From the human T2T-CHM13v2.0 reference genome, Homo sapiens, in NCBI RefSeq assembly GCF_009914755.1, contig NC_060938.1: 64,000 nucleotides of DNA, one strand, 5' to 3'. Each line of letters opens with the position of its first letter. The first letter of the stretch is position 1. A program made the translations under genes and the position numbers. Below the pieces are notes generated by a model, which searched no databases, was not told where the DNA came from, and worked only from the letters and a program-made list of their open reading frames with translations. This document shows, piece after piece, positions 35,450-51,751 of the stretch.

Positions 35450-36300
35450 TGAGGATCTGTTCCTCCCCGTGTGGGTAATCGCCCTCCTACCACGGGCAAC
35501 GGGTAGGCAACCGATATGCCCAGAAAGGCGGCCAATGGGAGGACAGCTCGCCCAGCCTCCCGATTGGCCAGGCCCGCCACCAGCTGGAACCATGGCGAGC
35601 TTTGAGGACAGCAGAGCCACTTGATGGGATTCTCTCTCTCTTCAAAGCATAGAGCAAACATCAATTAATCCTCAAAAGACGCTTTCAAGAAGAACATTAT
35701 CCCTTTTGGAGACGCAGAAGCTAAGAGGTGCCGCAGGTAGGTGAAGGGAAGGCAGGAAGTTGAAGAGGAGAGGAGAAAGTGGAGCACCGGGCTTTCAGCC
35801 CCAGTTCTGGTTCTCCTGAGAGAGTCAAGTTGCAGGAGAAGAATGAACCTGCAGAAGCCGGGCAGGGAGAGGTGGTGGAGAAGCCGCTGCTCTTGGGTGC
35901 GCCCCTCAAGGCTTCCCACTGCCCCATCCCCTAGGAGACCACGGAGTGAAAAAAGTTGGAGGCCTAAGTACAGCCGTGTGTACCCAGCCGGGCACCAGAG
36001 TTAAGACAACTGGACTTGTGCTCAAAAACCCTTCTTTAGTAAAACAACCCGTAGGAGTCTGTGGGAGGAGGAAAAATTGAAGTCTGGATGCAATTTGCCA
36101 CACTGAGTCTGTTCTGGTAACCGCCCCCAACACACTCACACCCCCTTGCCTGAAATGGGGAGAGGGGTGGGATCGGTGTGTGTAAACAGAGGCACTGCCC
36201 TGCCTGGCTGCTCTTTCCATCTTAGGAGAACCAATCCAGAACTTTCTACGGCTCACACTCTGATCACAGCCTGTCGCCATGATTGGCAATAAACGTCACA
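35450..36300 (+). promoter_or_regulatory. CpG-enriched promoter/enhancer-like region with paired CCAAT boxes and a candidate first-exon donor
   Basis: About 20 CpG in 35460-36000; CCAAT 35532 and ATTGG 35563; GC box cccgcc 35573; CAG|GTAGGT donor after 35736; no recognisable repeats. Confidence 0.55.
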
Positions 36301-36720
36301 CATTCTCACGTTATACATTTATTCGACCTTTAATATTGTGCTCTGAGATTCCTGGAAAACTTGTATGTCATTGGTCAAACGTTATAAAAACAGCCCACTA
36401 TTTTTTCCCCACTCACATCGTCCGTGTTGACTGCCTTACACACCGATTTCTACATGGAATGTTTTTAGCCTGCATTTTAACACTTAGAATAACTTTCTTT
36501 GCCACACACTACATACATACTGTTTGCATCAATAAACAGAGCCCGTGCCACATGCAAGTTATAGGTTTATTGGAGACATTTAAGTGTTTATAGAAAGGAC
36601 TTTTCTAAAGAATCTGAATGGGAGTTCTCTCAATTTACCAATAGTCAAAGAAATAAAGAAAATTACCCTACAGCTGATTTTTTTTTAATTAAACTACCAA
36701 CAACTATTCTGCCATAGCCT

Positions 36721-36761
36721 TGCGTGTGTGTGTGTGTATGTGTGTGTGTGTGTATGCATGC
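36721..36761. repeat. (TG)n microsatellite
   Basis: Direct sequence; 41 bp of RY alternation. Confidence 0.9.
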
Positions 36762-36915
36762 TTGCTGAGGCATAGAAAATATCTGGAAGGATTTACAAAA
36801 ACTCCTTAGCTTTGGGGAACAGAATGGACAGACAGAGAGAAAACCTCTTTTTTTCTTGTTTTATGTTCTTTACTGTGCATTGTTTACAATCAGCATGTTG
36901 TTGTTTTTTTTTTTT

Positions 36916-37021
36916 AAGACTAGTCAAGAGCAGCAGTGAGAAAGGGGGAAGGAAAGAACAAGGAGTTCAATCTGTAACTGTGAACAATCAATTGAGATAA
37001 CTCACTACCCTCAGACTAGCC
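36916..37021 (-). pseudogene. Y RNA (hY1/RNY1) retro-pseudogene
   Basis: Reverse complement ggctagtctgagggtagtgagttatctcaattgattgttcacagttacagattgaactccttgttc...cttgactagtctt matches hY1 with a 4-nt deletion; polyA (T-run 36904-36915); TSD-like catgttg on both sides. Confidence 0.95.
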
Positions 37022-37159
37022 ACCATGTTGCTTTTTAAATGTTTCAAATCACAAAATGAAAAAGTTACTCTAAGATCATCTATTTTTTCCCCAGGTGTGG
37101 TATTTTGTCCCCATGCCTGTGCAAAGTAAGCCAGTAGAATTTAGAAATAGCTTGCTGCC

Positions 37160-37453
<294 letters not shown>

Positions 37454-37756
37454 TGCTACCTTTTTTACATACACAAAATAATTGCAAACTTTCACTGCAG
37501 TACTGCCAACCCTCATGTCACCATCTACAATGTACCACGTCAAGAAAGGACAATATCTTCAAACCCACTTACCAGAAGAAAAGGTTGAAGCTGTATTTGG
37601 CAGGATACTGACATACAAACCTCCAAGATCTGGGAAACAACTCAGGCTCCTTGACTTGACTTCCTTAACGATGACTTGAGAAACACCAGAAAGTCCAGAA
37701 CACATAAACTCATGAAACCAACCAATAGACTGGAATCTCTCCTGTTATTAAAGTCA

Positions 37757-38074
<318 letters not shown>

Positions 38075-41000
38075 ATCATCTTTTATTCTCTTAAAGAATG
38101 AATTTTTCATGGGCCATCAACTTCTTCAGTCATTTAAGTATTTGTTTAGAGAATATTTCAGTTAGAAACTCAGGAAATGGAGACCTGACCTCAAAGGGCC
38201 CTTTCCAGTCATAAAGTAATTAGAAATAAAATAAAAACAGGTTGAAGTGATAAGCTGATAAGAAAATCCAATTTGTTTCCAAAATTGTTCACTTACAGCT
38301 GTTTTTCTCATGAATATAGCTATAGTTGTCATCAGCAAATCAGTGGCTTGGAATTCGAAAGGAGTGAAAATATACATCCTGGGTCTCTTGAACTCCTAGT
38401 GTTTGCCAGAGCTAGGCAGCAGGATCAAATGGTCAATTTCAGCCTGGCCCTGAAATCAAAACCCTCTAACAGTCACAGAAGTTCTGCAGCTAGTCAGTTA
38501 CTTACTGCCCACACTTCACTCAGCACAATCCTTAAAGTCACCAGAGGGAGCCCAAATTTGCGACAAACCAGAATGCTTTCCTTTTAGGGCATAGTTGTCC
38601 TTCTGATTCTACTTTTGCCCTCTCCTTTCCAAGACTAATTTAGAAACGAAGGGAAGTAGGCTAAGAAAATCCTCACCTTTAATATTAATAAGACTTGTGC
38701 AGTCCCCGGATGATCAGAGCCCAGACTACATAGGACTTGAAAGAAAGAATGAGACTTTGATATGGAATATGAAAAAGTAACAGGTAGGAGGGGTGGAGAG
38801 ACCAAACTGAGAGGCCTAGGGCCCAGCTTCTGCAGCTCTGTCACTGACTGGCCCGGTGACGATCACGCCTATTTACTAAGCAGGGATGACCTACGCTTAC
38901 CTGTCTACATTTTTATCTGTGAGATGAACGAAATGAAACCTCCAATGGTTTATTTGCCATGACAATTTTTAAAAATCAGTAGGAATGAGGGAATTAGGAA
39001 TTGAGCCCATGCTATACCTTCTTTTCAAAAGAGATTTCACATGTACCATCTCATCTGTATTCCTGGAGAGATAGTAGCCCATTATGAGTGGCTCCAATTT
39101 ACAGAAAAAGTAACTAAGGCACAGAGTGGTGATCTACCCAGGACAGCATGGTCTGTAGAAGAAGCATTGGTCTGTTTAGTGCATTGAAATGTATTCCAGA
39201 GATATTGGTCTGTAAAGACCTTCCCAGAATGTGTCTAGAAGGTTCAACCACCTGGTGGAAGACATAGAACGCCTTGTCATGCCTTCCCCATTCCAGCCTG
39301 GAGTTCTCTCCATGGTCTCAGCCTGCTTCTATGAAGCTTAGTTTTATAGGGAGCCTTTTAACCAAGCCAACCTCAGAGTCCCACTGGCCAAGGGGATGGT
39401 GGGGGAGGCAAAGGATTCTACTGGGGCAGTATGTAACCCACATATAAGTTCCATCCAAAGCAACGCTTCCAAACCTAGCTCACCAGGACAGGAGAAAGGT
39501 TACCATCAGGGTACTCTTAGCTGAGAACTCATACCTTTCGGGCTTTCATTGGCTTGAGGCATGAGTGATCAGCAGAGCCCCACATCACAATCCCTGTACT
39601 CAGATATAAATTATATTAGTGGGCAGGGAATGTCAGGAAACTTAGGTTGTAGAATCTAGATCAACAACTGCTTACCGAGGAGCTGGGTGAATTGTAAAGA
39701 AAGAAAGAAACAAGTGTTGAATGACTGTGGCCTCATTAAACATTTCTGTGGCCTGGCCTGTGCTTTGGGCTTTCCCAGAGCTGTTTCATGCAATAGCTTT
39801 GGGCAGGGCACTTCTTTGGACTTACTCCAACTACACAAGGAGGAGGAGGATGTCTATGGTTCTTTCCACCCCAGACACAGTATCAGTCACAGCCCCACCT
39901 TAATTCCACTACTCCAATTCTGTTCTGAGGGTATCACAGGATGCTGTGGTGGGTTCCCCAGCCCCACAAAATCCTTTTCTCCTCTAAAACAGGAGAACAT
40001 CTTTCCTTCCTTTCTGATCATCCATCTTGCAGCCAGCAGGACTCCCAGCCAGAACATTGTCAATTTACTCAGGGATCCATGAGGCACCTTTTGGAAGATG
40101 AGAGGGGTTGGGTGAAAAAAGGAAGAGGAAGTGGGGTGCTGGTACTTCTGGAAACAAGCCATTTCTCAGCCTGCTCTGTGAAGGTCCCCCAAACCCTACA
40201 CAGATCTAGGAAGGGAAACTGCATTCCAAGAATGCATGGGGGCTAGAAGGACCCGCTGGAGCATGGATCCCACCCACAGGAGATAATATTTTGAAAAGAG
40301 CACACATTTAACCAGGGAAGAAGAGCCCATGCCCTGGCTTAAGAGCATAGCTGTTTCCTCCTCCATCTGCCCCCATTTTCCCAGGCCTGACTAGAGCAAG
40401 TAGTTAAGCCAACCCAAATCCAGAAGTATGAATAATGCGTGAAGCACAGGAGGACAGGCAGATGGCCTTTTCACCTGCGCAGGCTATATAGCTCTGTGCG
40501 GAGGGGCTGAGAGTCCAGCGCGGCCCCTGTGCCCCTCAGTAACTGTGCAAGAGGAAGTGGGCCTCCCCTGCGGGGGTATGAAATGTGGGGCGAGGACTTA
40601 GGAGTTCACCGGGAAGTGCCAGCCATCCTGGGGCAGACACCAAGAGCTGGAGTGATTTGTTTTCCCTTTTTTCATGAGTTAATTTGCTTCCAGCAGATTC
40701 CATTAGTGACCTGACAGACCAAGGGCCTGGAGGAGGTCCCTGGAAGAGCTGCTGAATCAGCAGACTAAAGGGGCGACCAGGAAGGCCAGACGTCTTGCAC
40801 CGAGCCCTTTGCTCAGAGTTTCTATTTGAAGAGCTTAGAATAACTATTTGCTAAGCTCTTGTCAAGGCAGCACCTCTAAACCATGTATGGAGAGAAGACA
40901 CACAAACCTTGACCACCAAATGTGAATGGCCAATCAGAAGCTGACACAATCAGCTGCTGACTGAGGAAAAATGATTTTATGGGGGAAAAGAATTCCCACA

Positions 41001-41264
41001 TGAAATAATAAGCAAAAGTTATAAACTTATTAAAAAGCTTGTTAAAAACTTACTTAAAAAGCAAAAGTTTAAACATGGTTCCATCTGCAACTAGGAACTG
41101 GTCGGGGAGGGAGGGTTTGAACTTCCTTTGAGTTTCAATTGATAATCCCCGAAGATTAAGAAAATAGTGATACTATTACTACTGCTGCTGCTATTATTAC
41201 AAATAATAATAACTACAATTAACATTTATTTGGCACCTAGTACATGCTAGGAAGTAGGCAATGA

Positions 41265-41575
<311 letters not shown>

Positions 41576-41711
41576 TGCAAGGAGTTCGTTATGCATGATT
41601 TCATTTACTCCTTGCAACATCTCTTTGAGGTAGGGAAACTGTGTGGGTGAGAAAAGTCACATAGCTGCTAAGTCATAGAAAACGTTCAGAGCAAAATCAA
41701 ACCCAGGTGTA

Positions 41712-42016
<305 letters not shown>

Positions 42017-43835
42017 CCCAGGTGTGTCCAACTCCAGGCTTGTGCACTTACCCACTCTGCTATATGGCTAAATCCCACAGGCTACAGAGAGCAGGGAAGT
42101 AGGACTCAGGAGAACTGCCTCCAGCCCCACAGGCACCCTGACTAGCTGTGGGATCTTAGCAAGTGATTTCAACTTGTGGGCCATCGTATTCCATCAGATG
42201 ATTGATGTCTTAGGGACCCCTTCAATTCAAACCACAGTTATTGGTGGACTGCCTGAGTGCCAGGCACTAAGATAGGGGGTGGGGGAATGTATAAACAAAA
42301 CTAAGGCGTGGTCCTTCCCTCCAGGAGTTTACAGTCTAGCCCTGCCTTATGCAAAAGCCAAAGAGCCTTAGGTGTCCCTTCAGGTCTAAAATACTACTCA
42401 GAGATTCCTTTTGAACATGCAAAGTATTTCTGACAGCATTCATATTCATCTTCTATTTGTTCTGTGTGGACATTTGCATGGAGAGGTATCTGAAATTATG
42501 TTCGTCCAATGGATTTGGGGTGATAATTTTGCTCTCATCTTTTTACTTTTATGTGTTGCTTGAATTTTTAGTAACAAATATACATCATTTCTATAAAAAC
42601 AAAGGCATTTTTAAAATACTGCTAAATAACACTATATATGGGTGTATATGTATATGTATATATGCACACACATACCTATATACACATATATATTTAAACA
42701 GTAAGTGGATATTTAATAATACTGTGGAATTATTGTTAACTCAGATAAGATTGTGACTAGGTTTCCAGAAAGAATCTTTATTTTTTGCAGATACATACTG
42801 AAATAATTTACAGATAAAATGATGTCTGAGATTTATTTCAAAGTAATCTCTAGTGTGAGAGGGTAGGAGTAGGCTATAGATGAGACAACGCTGGCTCTGA
42901 GTTGCAAGTTGTGGAAGCAATTTGGGTGCTAGGTGATGGGTATAAGAGTGTTCACGATACTACATAGGTTTGAAATTTTCCATACTATACAGTAAAAAAG
43001 GAACTCCTTTCAAGGCCAACAGGGAAGCAACATTTCCCCAAAGCTAAGCTAAGCACCCAGCTGGCAGCATTTCTACCTGGGGTTTCTACCACCCTTGGCT
43101 TCCTCTCTTCTTTGACTATCTATCACAGTTTAACTTCATTGGTTCTCTGCAGCTTCCTCCCCCCCCCCCCACACCATTCCCCCCTAACCTTCTGGAATCA
43201 CGTGTTGTATCTATTTGTACATTCCAGTGCCCAGGCCATCCCTCTTCGACCTTACCCTGGCCCAGGGGACAGAGCGGGTGGGCCTGAGCAATGCTCCCAC
43301 ACACCTCCGCTCAAAGTCAGCTGTTTGCTGTAGAGGTAGAACAGCTTGACTACTGGGGGCGAGGGTCACAGTTCACTCATTCCCCCAGCAAATACGGAGC
43401 CAGATGCTGGGGACTCAGCAGTGAACAAGACCAAATTGCTACCTTCACAGAGTTTTCATGCTAGAGAAGGAGCCAACTATAAATGTTATCTCCCATCCCT
43501 CCCAGATTTAGGGCCAAGGGTATATTCACCAAGACATTCCTGAATCACCTGGGATCTTGTCCCAAATAATTTAAACCTGAAAGACATGATCTAGTGCCAA
43601 GAGCTAGAATACCACCCAACTACCCATCCCAATCCAGTTCCCCATTTAACTGACAAAAAAAAAAAAAACAGAAATGGTGTAAGCCCACCATGTAAGTAAA
43701 CATAAGTAAACAGTGGCAGAGGAAAGGGTACCCAGACTTCACTGTGGCAGGCCCACCTGGGACCACATTCAGAATTTTTACAAGCTTTGCTGCGATGTTG
43801 ACCAAAGTTCTCCCCACTTTTTTTCATTTGCTTGA

Positions 43836-44188
<353 letters not shown>

Positions 44189-44228
44189 TAAGGCTTGTTA
44201 TACAAAATAGTGGTCCACTGCAGCTTAA

Positions 44229-44545
<317 letters not shown>

Positions 44546-44704
44546 AGCTTAATTCTTTTAATTGAAGATTGTGATATTTACCTACACATCTCTAAATAAC
44601 ATGTTTTTAACTGTTGTTTCTTGATTTTTCAGTTTTAGGCTTCCCCAAGTAGGAAAGAGTGGATTTACCCTTTTTGTAGCCTGTGCTTTCTTATCTGTTC
44701 TCAC

Positions 44705-44707
<3 letters not shown>

Positions 44708-44741
<34 letters not shown>

Positions 44742-44749
44742 ACACACAC
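44708..44749. repeat. (CA)n microsatellite
   Basis: Direct sequence. Confidence 0.95.
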
Positions 44750-45337
44750 TTCCTTTCTCTCCATCCCCCTATGCTCCATCTGTCTGCCTGCCTGCTTACT
44801 ATCTATCATCTATCTGTCTGTCTCCTTCCTCCCTCCCTCTCTCGCTCACTCTGTGTATGTATGTACTGGTGAATATATATTTTTATTTCTCAATGATTAC
44901 CGTTTTTATTGCTATGATTATGTAAACTCTATTCAGAACTGTGACATGTAGTATTCTCTAGTTACATTTCCTCCACTGGATAACTTGCATTCCTGGAATT
45001 AATAATTGTCTTATTTAATTCATTTGCTTAGTATTGTATGTACTCACCGCTAATTCAAACCCCTAGCTCTCCTTAAGTTGTGTATATTCTCTCTCAATAT
45101 GTTGAGTATGTTTCTCACCCACTTTTGAGGGTGAATTTGGTCATTTTGCTAGCAAACATGATTGTAGCAGTTTTAAAAAACAAAACTTCCCTGCCAGAGA
45201 TAACTTATACACCTTGCTAATATAACCAGTGACCTCCTATGTGAGTGCTTGATCATGGAAAACATTTAGCCATGTTTGGCTAATCCTAACAAAGACTACA
45301 TTTGGTGCACGAGAACTTCCAAATCACCTTTCTTAGC

Positions 45338-45414
45338 AAAAGAAAGAGAGAAAGAAAAGAAAGAAAGAGAGAGAGAAAGAAGAAAGAGAGAGAAAGAAAG
45401 AAAGAGAAAGAAAG

Positions 45415-45489
<75 letters not shown>

Positions 45490-45498
45490 AGGAAAGAA
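45338..45498. repeat. Compound (AAAG)n/(AG)n polypurine STR
   Basis: About 160 bp of A/G only. Confidence 0.97.
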
Positions 45499-45879
45499 TT
45501 TGGAAAAACAGCATTTTCAATTTTTCTTACTTTATCACAATAATGGAAATGGTGTCATAAGGTTTTAATGCATTCATCAAAATACAGCATGTTCTATATT
45601 ACTTGTGGATTTACCATTGTTCTAACAAAAAAGTATGTATTATATGCTTTCACCCATAGACTGTAAGCTCTAAGAAGGCAAACCGCTTCAGCCCTACTTT
45701 TCTGAAATATCCTCATCACCTAGCACAATGCCTCCCATGTAATTAGAGCTAATAAACATTTCTTGAATTGAATCCCAATGTGCTTTAAGAATGGGAGCTC
45801 AGTGGCACACGACCTGAGTTAGTTCCCTGTGCCTTTATAGCAACCAGTTTGCATCCAGGTCCCAGTGAGGCCCACTGGA

Positions 45880-46660
45880 CAGTTCCCTAACCCCCCCTGC
45901 ATGCTATCAACAATGCACCTGCTCTTGGCCATTTCCACCTGGAAGTTGAATTGGCCTCTCAAGCCTTCCAGACGAAGTGGAGCCCACACACACCTGCTGC
46001 CCTCACAGTCCTCACCATCACAACAATCCACTGTCTCATCTTCCACTTGCTCAGGCCAAATGGATGCCTCTCTTGTTGTCACATCCTACTTTCAATTCCA
46101 TCTTAATCCCATCATCTCTACCTTCAAAATGTACTCAGAATCAGCTACCTCTCACCACCTTTGCTGTTACCACGTGGTCCAAGTCACTGCCTCCTCCATC
46201 TACTCTCAACTCAGCAGCCAGAGTGATGCTGTAAAACCTTCTGGTAGGTCCCAACTCCAAGGATAAGCCAAAGTGCTCCTATTCCTCCCACTCCCTCTCA
46301 CTCTGCACCAGCCACATGGCTTCCCTTGCTGTTCTTCAAAACATCAGCCATGCCTCCACCTCTGGACCTTTGCACCTGCTGTTCCCTCTGACTTGAATCC
46401 TCTTCTCCTGGATGACCCTCAAATGTTGCTTCTCAGGGAGCTTTTCCCCCAACACTCCTGGTCCCAACTCCCCATTTTAGTTACCTCCATAAACTTCTCA
46501 CCATCTCACTTCTTTACTTAGTTACATTATCATCTGGGTGCCCCCACTAGAATGCAAGCTCCATGAAGGCAAGGATTTTGCCCAATTTGTTCACTGCTCT
46601 ATGTCTAGCACCCAGAATAGTGTGACTAATTCAACAATAAGTATTTGTTGAATTAAATTA
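45880..46660 (+). mobile_element. L2 (L2a-like) 3' part
   Basis: ctctaccttcaaaatgtactcagaatc...ggacctttgcacctgctgttccctctg...ctagaatgcaagctccatgaaggcaagg...tatttgttgaat. Confidence 0.75.
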
Positions 46661-46743
46661 ATCCTAGGACACCTGGAAATATTTTTATATCCCCATTAGG
46701 GAGGAAAAATTACAGAATCTCCTTCAAGATATATTATTCCATT

Positions 46744-46791
46744 TATATATATATATATATGTGTGTGTATACATATATGTGTGTGTGTGTG

Positions 46792-46840
<49 letters not shown>
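46744..46840. repeat. Compound (TA)n(TG)n microsatellite
   Basis: About 97 bp of RY alternation. Confidence 0.95.
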
Positions 46841-47819
46841 CCCCAGGCCTTTCTCAAGCAAATAAATAAGCTCTAATGAATTTCAAAAGACAAAGAAATC
46901 TCATTTCATTTTAACTTTTTCTCACCCTTCCCAAGTCAGGGACCACCTCCTCTCCTCCCCGGCCCAAAGCTGGAAACTGTGTGCTCAGTGGACTCAGGAG
47001 GAGTTGCAGGTGCCACCGACCTGAAGGCAATTACCACCCACAAGTTTCAGGGGAAGAGAAGATTACCGAGAAAGGGAAGAGAAATTAGCACATAGATGAG
47101 AAACACATGTTTAAAAACTCCTTCTGAGGTCATGAGTAAGCTGATTGAAGCTGGCACCAGAGTGACAAATTAATTTCATGACCCTCTTGCTTTCATTGGG
47201 AAATGTAGGATTCTAAAAAAAAAAAAAAAAAAAGCAACCGATGTGTAGAAAAGGGCACGTGTGTCTGCCCACATGCCTATATAGAGTGGTCTGGTAAGAA
47301 AACAAGCTGTTTTCCAGTGCATTTGTTTTGAATGTGCATTGAGCCACCTACTGTGTGCCCAGCAGACCAGAGATAGCTAAGGCTCAATTCCTTTACTCAA
47401 GGAACTCCAGCAGGTGAGAGTGGCTAGCATAGACACAGCCCACCAGAAGTCACTATGCCACTGTGCAAATGTTCTGCTGGCAGGAATTAAGCACTAGGGG
47501 CAGCTGTTCTGCCTAGAAAGAAGTCTCGGGCCTTGAAGTGTGCATAGACACTGGAAGAGCTCATCAAGTAGAGACCTGGGGGTCGGGGAAGAAGTCCTGG
47601 CAGAGAAGGTCACAGAAGCAAAGGCCTGGAGGTGGGAAGCCCATGGTGGGATGTGATTCAAGCTCAGAGTCTGCCAAAAGGTGGTGGAATGGGAGGCTGA
47701 AATGTGAATGTTGGTCTAGGGAGTCTGGCATCCTCCTCTGGTAAGTGCGCCCTGGTCCCTCCAGAGAGAATTGATCCCTCCCCTCCTTTGCATCCCACCC
47801 ACCCCCATACACACTCCCC

Positions 47820-48175
47820 AGGGCTCACACCCAGCTCAGGGCCTGGGCACAGGGCATCACCTGCTCCCTCTTCATGGACTGCTTCTCCTCCCGACAAATG
47901 CCTCTCCCTCCCATCCAGCAGGTCTCTGCTCAATCACCACCTTCTCAGTGAAGCCACCTCTCGCACCCCCTACAAGGGGACAAACCCACACATACGTGTC
48001 CCTACTTTGCTTTATTTTCTGCCACAGCATTTACACTTGTGTTTTTGGTCAGTGTCGGCCTCCTCCACTGGACTGCGGGCTCCATGAAGGCAGGGACTTT
48101 GTTTTATCGACTGCCATATCCCCAGCACCTACAGTGCTTGGCACTTAGTGAGAGCTCAATAAATATTTGACAAAT
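47820..48175 (+). mobile_element. L2 3' end
   Basis: ctccatgaaggcagggactttgttt...cctacagtgcttggcac...ctcaataaatatttg. Confidence 0.7.
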
Positions 48176-48330
48176 TAATAAAAAATGCCTGTAACACTTG
48201 AGTGACTTGGGTTGTTTATTTCTTCCCCTCCTACAAGATTGAAAATGGATATGAAAGCAAAGCTTGAGCTTTCAGCTCTCTACCCCGGCCCTGTGCATGG
48301 TGCTGCCCAGGTTGGCACTCAGTAATTAGC

Positions 48331-48374
48331 GGATGGATGGATGGATGGATGGATGGATGGATGGATGGATGGAT
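48331..48374. repeat. (GGAT)n tetranucleotide STR
   Basis: About 11 perfect units. Confidence 0.95.
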
Positions 48375-49392
48375 TCTATAATCAGTAGGAGCCATCAAAA
48401 GTATAAAGAAACTGAACTGTGCAATGCCTTTCCTGTGGGGAAAAGTGGCCTGATGGGGTAGAAGCACTGCAGGCTGGGAGGTCAACGAGGAAGCTCCTGC
48501 CAGTGTCCCCACAAGCCACAATGTGGCCTGAATGGGAGGTGAACAGAGTAGGGGACAGAGTCCAGAGACATACCCAAGGTTAAGCCAATATGACTCGGGA
48601 CCAAGTGTAAGTCAGGACGAGGGGAGGGAGGAGCCAAAGATGATGCTCAGATTTTTGCTTAGATGACAGTGAACTCCAAGGGGAATAAGCAGCTTTAAGG
48701 GAAGAAGTTCAATTCATTCAGGATGGAAGTGTGAGGGAGGACATCCAGGCAGTAGAATGGTCAGGAGGAGAGAGGGAGATTGAGTCACGGGTGCTGGCTG
48801 GAGTCATGGGAATCCACTCATTCATTTATCTTTTTGAGCCCATGCCAGGTCCCAGGCATTTACTCTGCTAGAGACTATGGACGCTGCAGTGCCCAAGACA
48901 GGCAAGGTCTGTGCTCTCATGGAACTTACTTTCGGAGAGGAAAGGCAGACAAAGGAAAAGTGAGCAAACAGATCCATAGAGATAATTTCTGATATTGTAT
49001 GCACTGTGAAGAAAATAAAACCAGGCCATGGGAGCATGATGCGGGGACAATATTAGATAGGTTGGGCCAGGAAGGGCCTTCTGAAGAAGTGGCTTTTGCC
49101 ACAATGAGGTAGAGAATGGGGATGACGACGAAGTTCCTGCTTCTTGGCTTCAATTTTCTTGAACAAATCTGGGGTGAAATCATCGGCTGAGAGCAGAGAG
49201 ATGGAAAGGGTTTTCAGGTAAATGGAAAAACATTGGACTATTCTCTGCCATAGGAAGAAATGGAAAGGGTGAGAAGAGATTATGATGGTGCACCGAGGAC
49301 CTCACTGACGGCTGAAACCACAGGGGGGTAAGGAGCCCATCAATGCAGGGCGTGTGCAAGTTTCACAGGTCTCATATATCGATGAAGCTTTA

Positions 49393-49851
<459 letters not shown>

Positions 49852-50229
49852 TTACCAGGCACATTCCCACCACCACCTCTTCCACAGACTGAGGTCACCT
49901 CAGTCTGTTCCTGCCACAGCCTCCACGCACAAGCCATCCTGCAAATTAATCACCCTCAACATTCATCGTGCCAAACCTTAAGTAACTCCCCAGCACCTGC
50001 AGGATCAGTGCCAAACTTTTCGCCCAAGTATTTATAATCAGGTCCTTCGTGACCTGTCCAGCTTCTCTCTCCCAGTGACCTGGCTGGTGTTCTCACTGCT
50101 CCTTTCTGAACCCAAGCTTATTCGGATGCACAGGCTCAGGTACCCGCCTCTGCTCCATCGATACCAGCCATGGAGTCTTGGGCAAATCTTGGGCAACTCC
50201 TTGGAGTTTTCTCATCGATAAAAAAGTTA

Positions 50230-50583
<354 letters not shown>

Positions 50584-50711
50584 CACTGGTACTCATTTTC
50601 TAAGGGTATTCTTTTCTAACCGGACCACGAAATCTCCAGGCTACCTCAAGGGTCTTACAAGGAGGAAGCAAAGGCCTAGGTGCCCAAATACTGGTATTTC
50701 AACAGGACGGC

Positions 50712-50838
50712 TTTTATTTTTAATAAAATAATTTTTATAGAGATGGGGTCTCACTGTGTTGTCCGGGTTGTTCTCAAACTCCCGGGCTCCAACAATCCTC
50801 CCACCTCAGTCTCCCAAAGTGCTGGGATTACAGGTGTA
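50712..50838 (-). mobile_element. Left Alu monomer (FLAM-like)
   Basis: agagatggggtctcactgtgtt...cccaaagtgctgggattacaggtgt. Confidence 0.8.
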
Positions 50839-51248
50839 ACAGCTTTTTATAGGAGTTCTGCCTCCTACAGCTTCACACTGGAAAATACGAGCAAAAAATG
50901 TTGAGCACATCTATGATGAGTAAGGGAGATGAGTTGCACTGTATGGAGAACCTGATCCCAGGCCTGGCCCCACCTTTTTTTAACTGTGAGGCCTGAGGAC
51001 TATCCCAGGCCATCCAGGCCTCTGGTGTCACGTCTAGATAGTGAGGAAGAACCCCCTTCCATGGTCTCTAAGGTGGTTCCTAGATCTATTATTCCAAGCA
51101 CTAGCTCTCCTATGAGCTGTACTGTTGAGGGGCAGAGGGGTCAAAAGAACCTTCTCCCTCTCTGGCCGATAGATGGTTGGGGTACTCTGAAAGCTTCTCT
51201 GTTCCCTCTGCCCATTCTCCTCTAAGGTGTTTCATTCAATAGACATAA

Positions 51249-51751
<503 letters not shown>

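Noticed and set aside
45276-45568. K/E/R-rich and F/L/S-rich ORFs
   Set aside because: Translations of the (AAAG)n microsatellite
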